From: Dicyema japonicum
Taxonomy: Eukaryota; Animalia; Dicyemida
Direction of reading: 5' to 3'
DNA length: 64,000 nt
Assembly: GCA_011109175.1 (NCBI GenBank)
Contig: RDEW01000011.1
Location: 869,061-933,060, forward strand
The notes below the pieces were generated by a model. It saw only the letters and a list, made by a program, of their open reading frames with translations, was not told the origin of the DNA and did not search any database. A program made the translations under genes and the position numbers. This document shows, piece by piece, positions 63,558-64,000 of the stretch. Every line of letters starts with the position of its first letter. Within the stretch, counting starts at the first letter, position 1.

Positions 63558-64000
63558 TTGAAAAGAAACCTGAAGATAGTGCTGGTGAACGCCCGATCCC
63601 TGAGGAAGAGGCGTCATGACCTGGCACTACTCCTATCGTCCACCAAGATTGACATCCTGGTGGTCAACGAGACCAAGGTGAAAAAGACCAACACTACAAT
63701 GCTACAGGGATATAATTTTATAGAAATACCATGGGTCGAAGGTGCAGAAGCTGGTACTGGAACCACATTGTTCTACAGTGATGTTCTACAGATACGTGAG
63801 CCAAAAGTTATTATGAATACACATTGTGAATTTGTTTCCGTCAAGGTGAGATGCTGTGGCCGTTGGATACACGTTGGAGGAATGTATTCAAAGGACCTCA
63901 GAAAGTGCTCCACAGAAATTGAATAATTCTTCACAAGAAACGATATGTCTGTCCTAGTAAGAGATCTAAATGCTAAGAACATTAAATATGTGTGCCTCGG
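63558..64000 (+). mobile_element. LINE ORF2 APE endonuclease N-terminus, running off the window
   Basis: LKIVLVNARSL..DILVVNETK..GMYS..DLNAK. Confidence 0.88.

Noticed and set aside
1-64000. CRISPR arrays, rRNA, telomeric repeats, prokaryotic operons
   Set aside because: There are no regularly spaced repeat-spacer units, rRNA signatures or telomere tracts. Gene structure is spliceosomal.

Overview
This is AT-rich eukaryotic (animal-like) nuclear DNA, not prokaryotic. I can reconstruct four protein-coding genes by hand splicing: an endophilin-like BAR-SH3 gene (+, 12859-13829), AVL9 (+, 30895-32784), an anoctamin/TMEM16 (-, 43100-45748) and a GALNT with a C-terminal ricin lectin domain (-, 57971-59951). 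All four carry many very short introns, mostly 21-30 nt. That suggests a genome-reduced parasitic metazoan such as a dicyemid or myxozoan (inference). Most of the rest is a nested mosaic of decayed transposons: RTE, R4/Dong-like, CRE-like and Jockey/CR1-like non-LTR elements, pogo/Tigger, Tc1, hAT, a Ginger-like TGT..ACA element, and several short retroposon families with target-site duplications (TSDs). The strongest leads are: (1) three introns that appear to end in TG instead of AG; (2) a short retroposon with an HDV-ribozyme-like pseudoknot topology; (3) tRNA-SINEs that share and swap RTE 3' tails and carry a multi-hairpin core; (4) a strong excess of the palindrome (C)CACGTG(G); (5) four 1-nt homopolymer frameshifts in otherwise intact genes, most likely assembly errors. 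All counts and alignments were done by eye, and boundaries of decayed elements are approximate.
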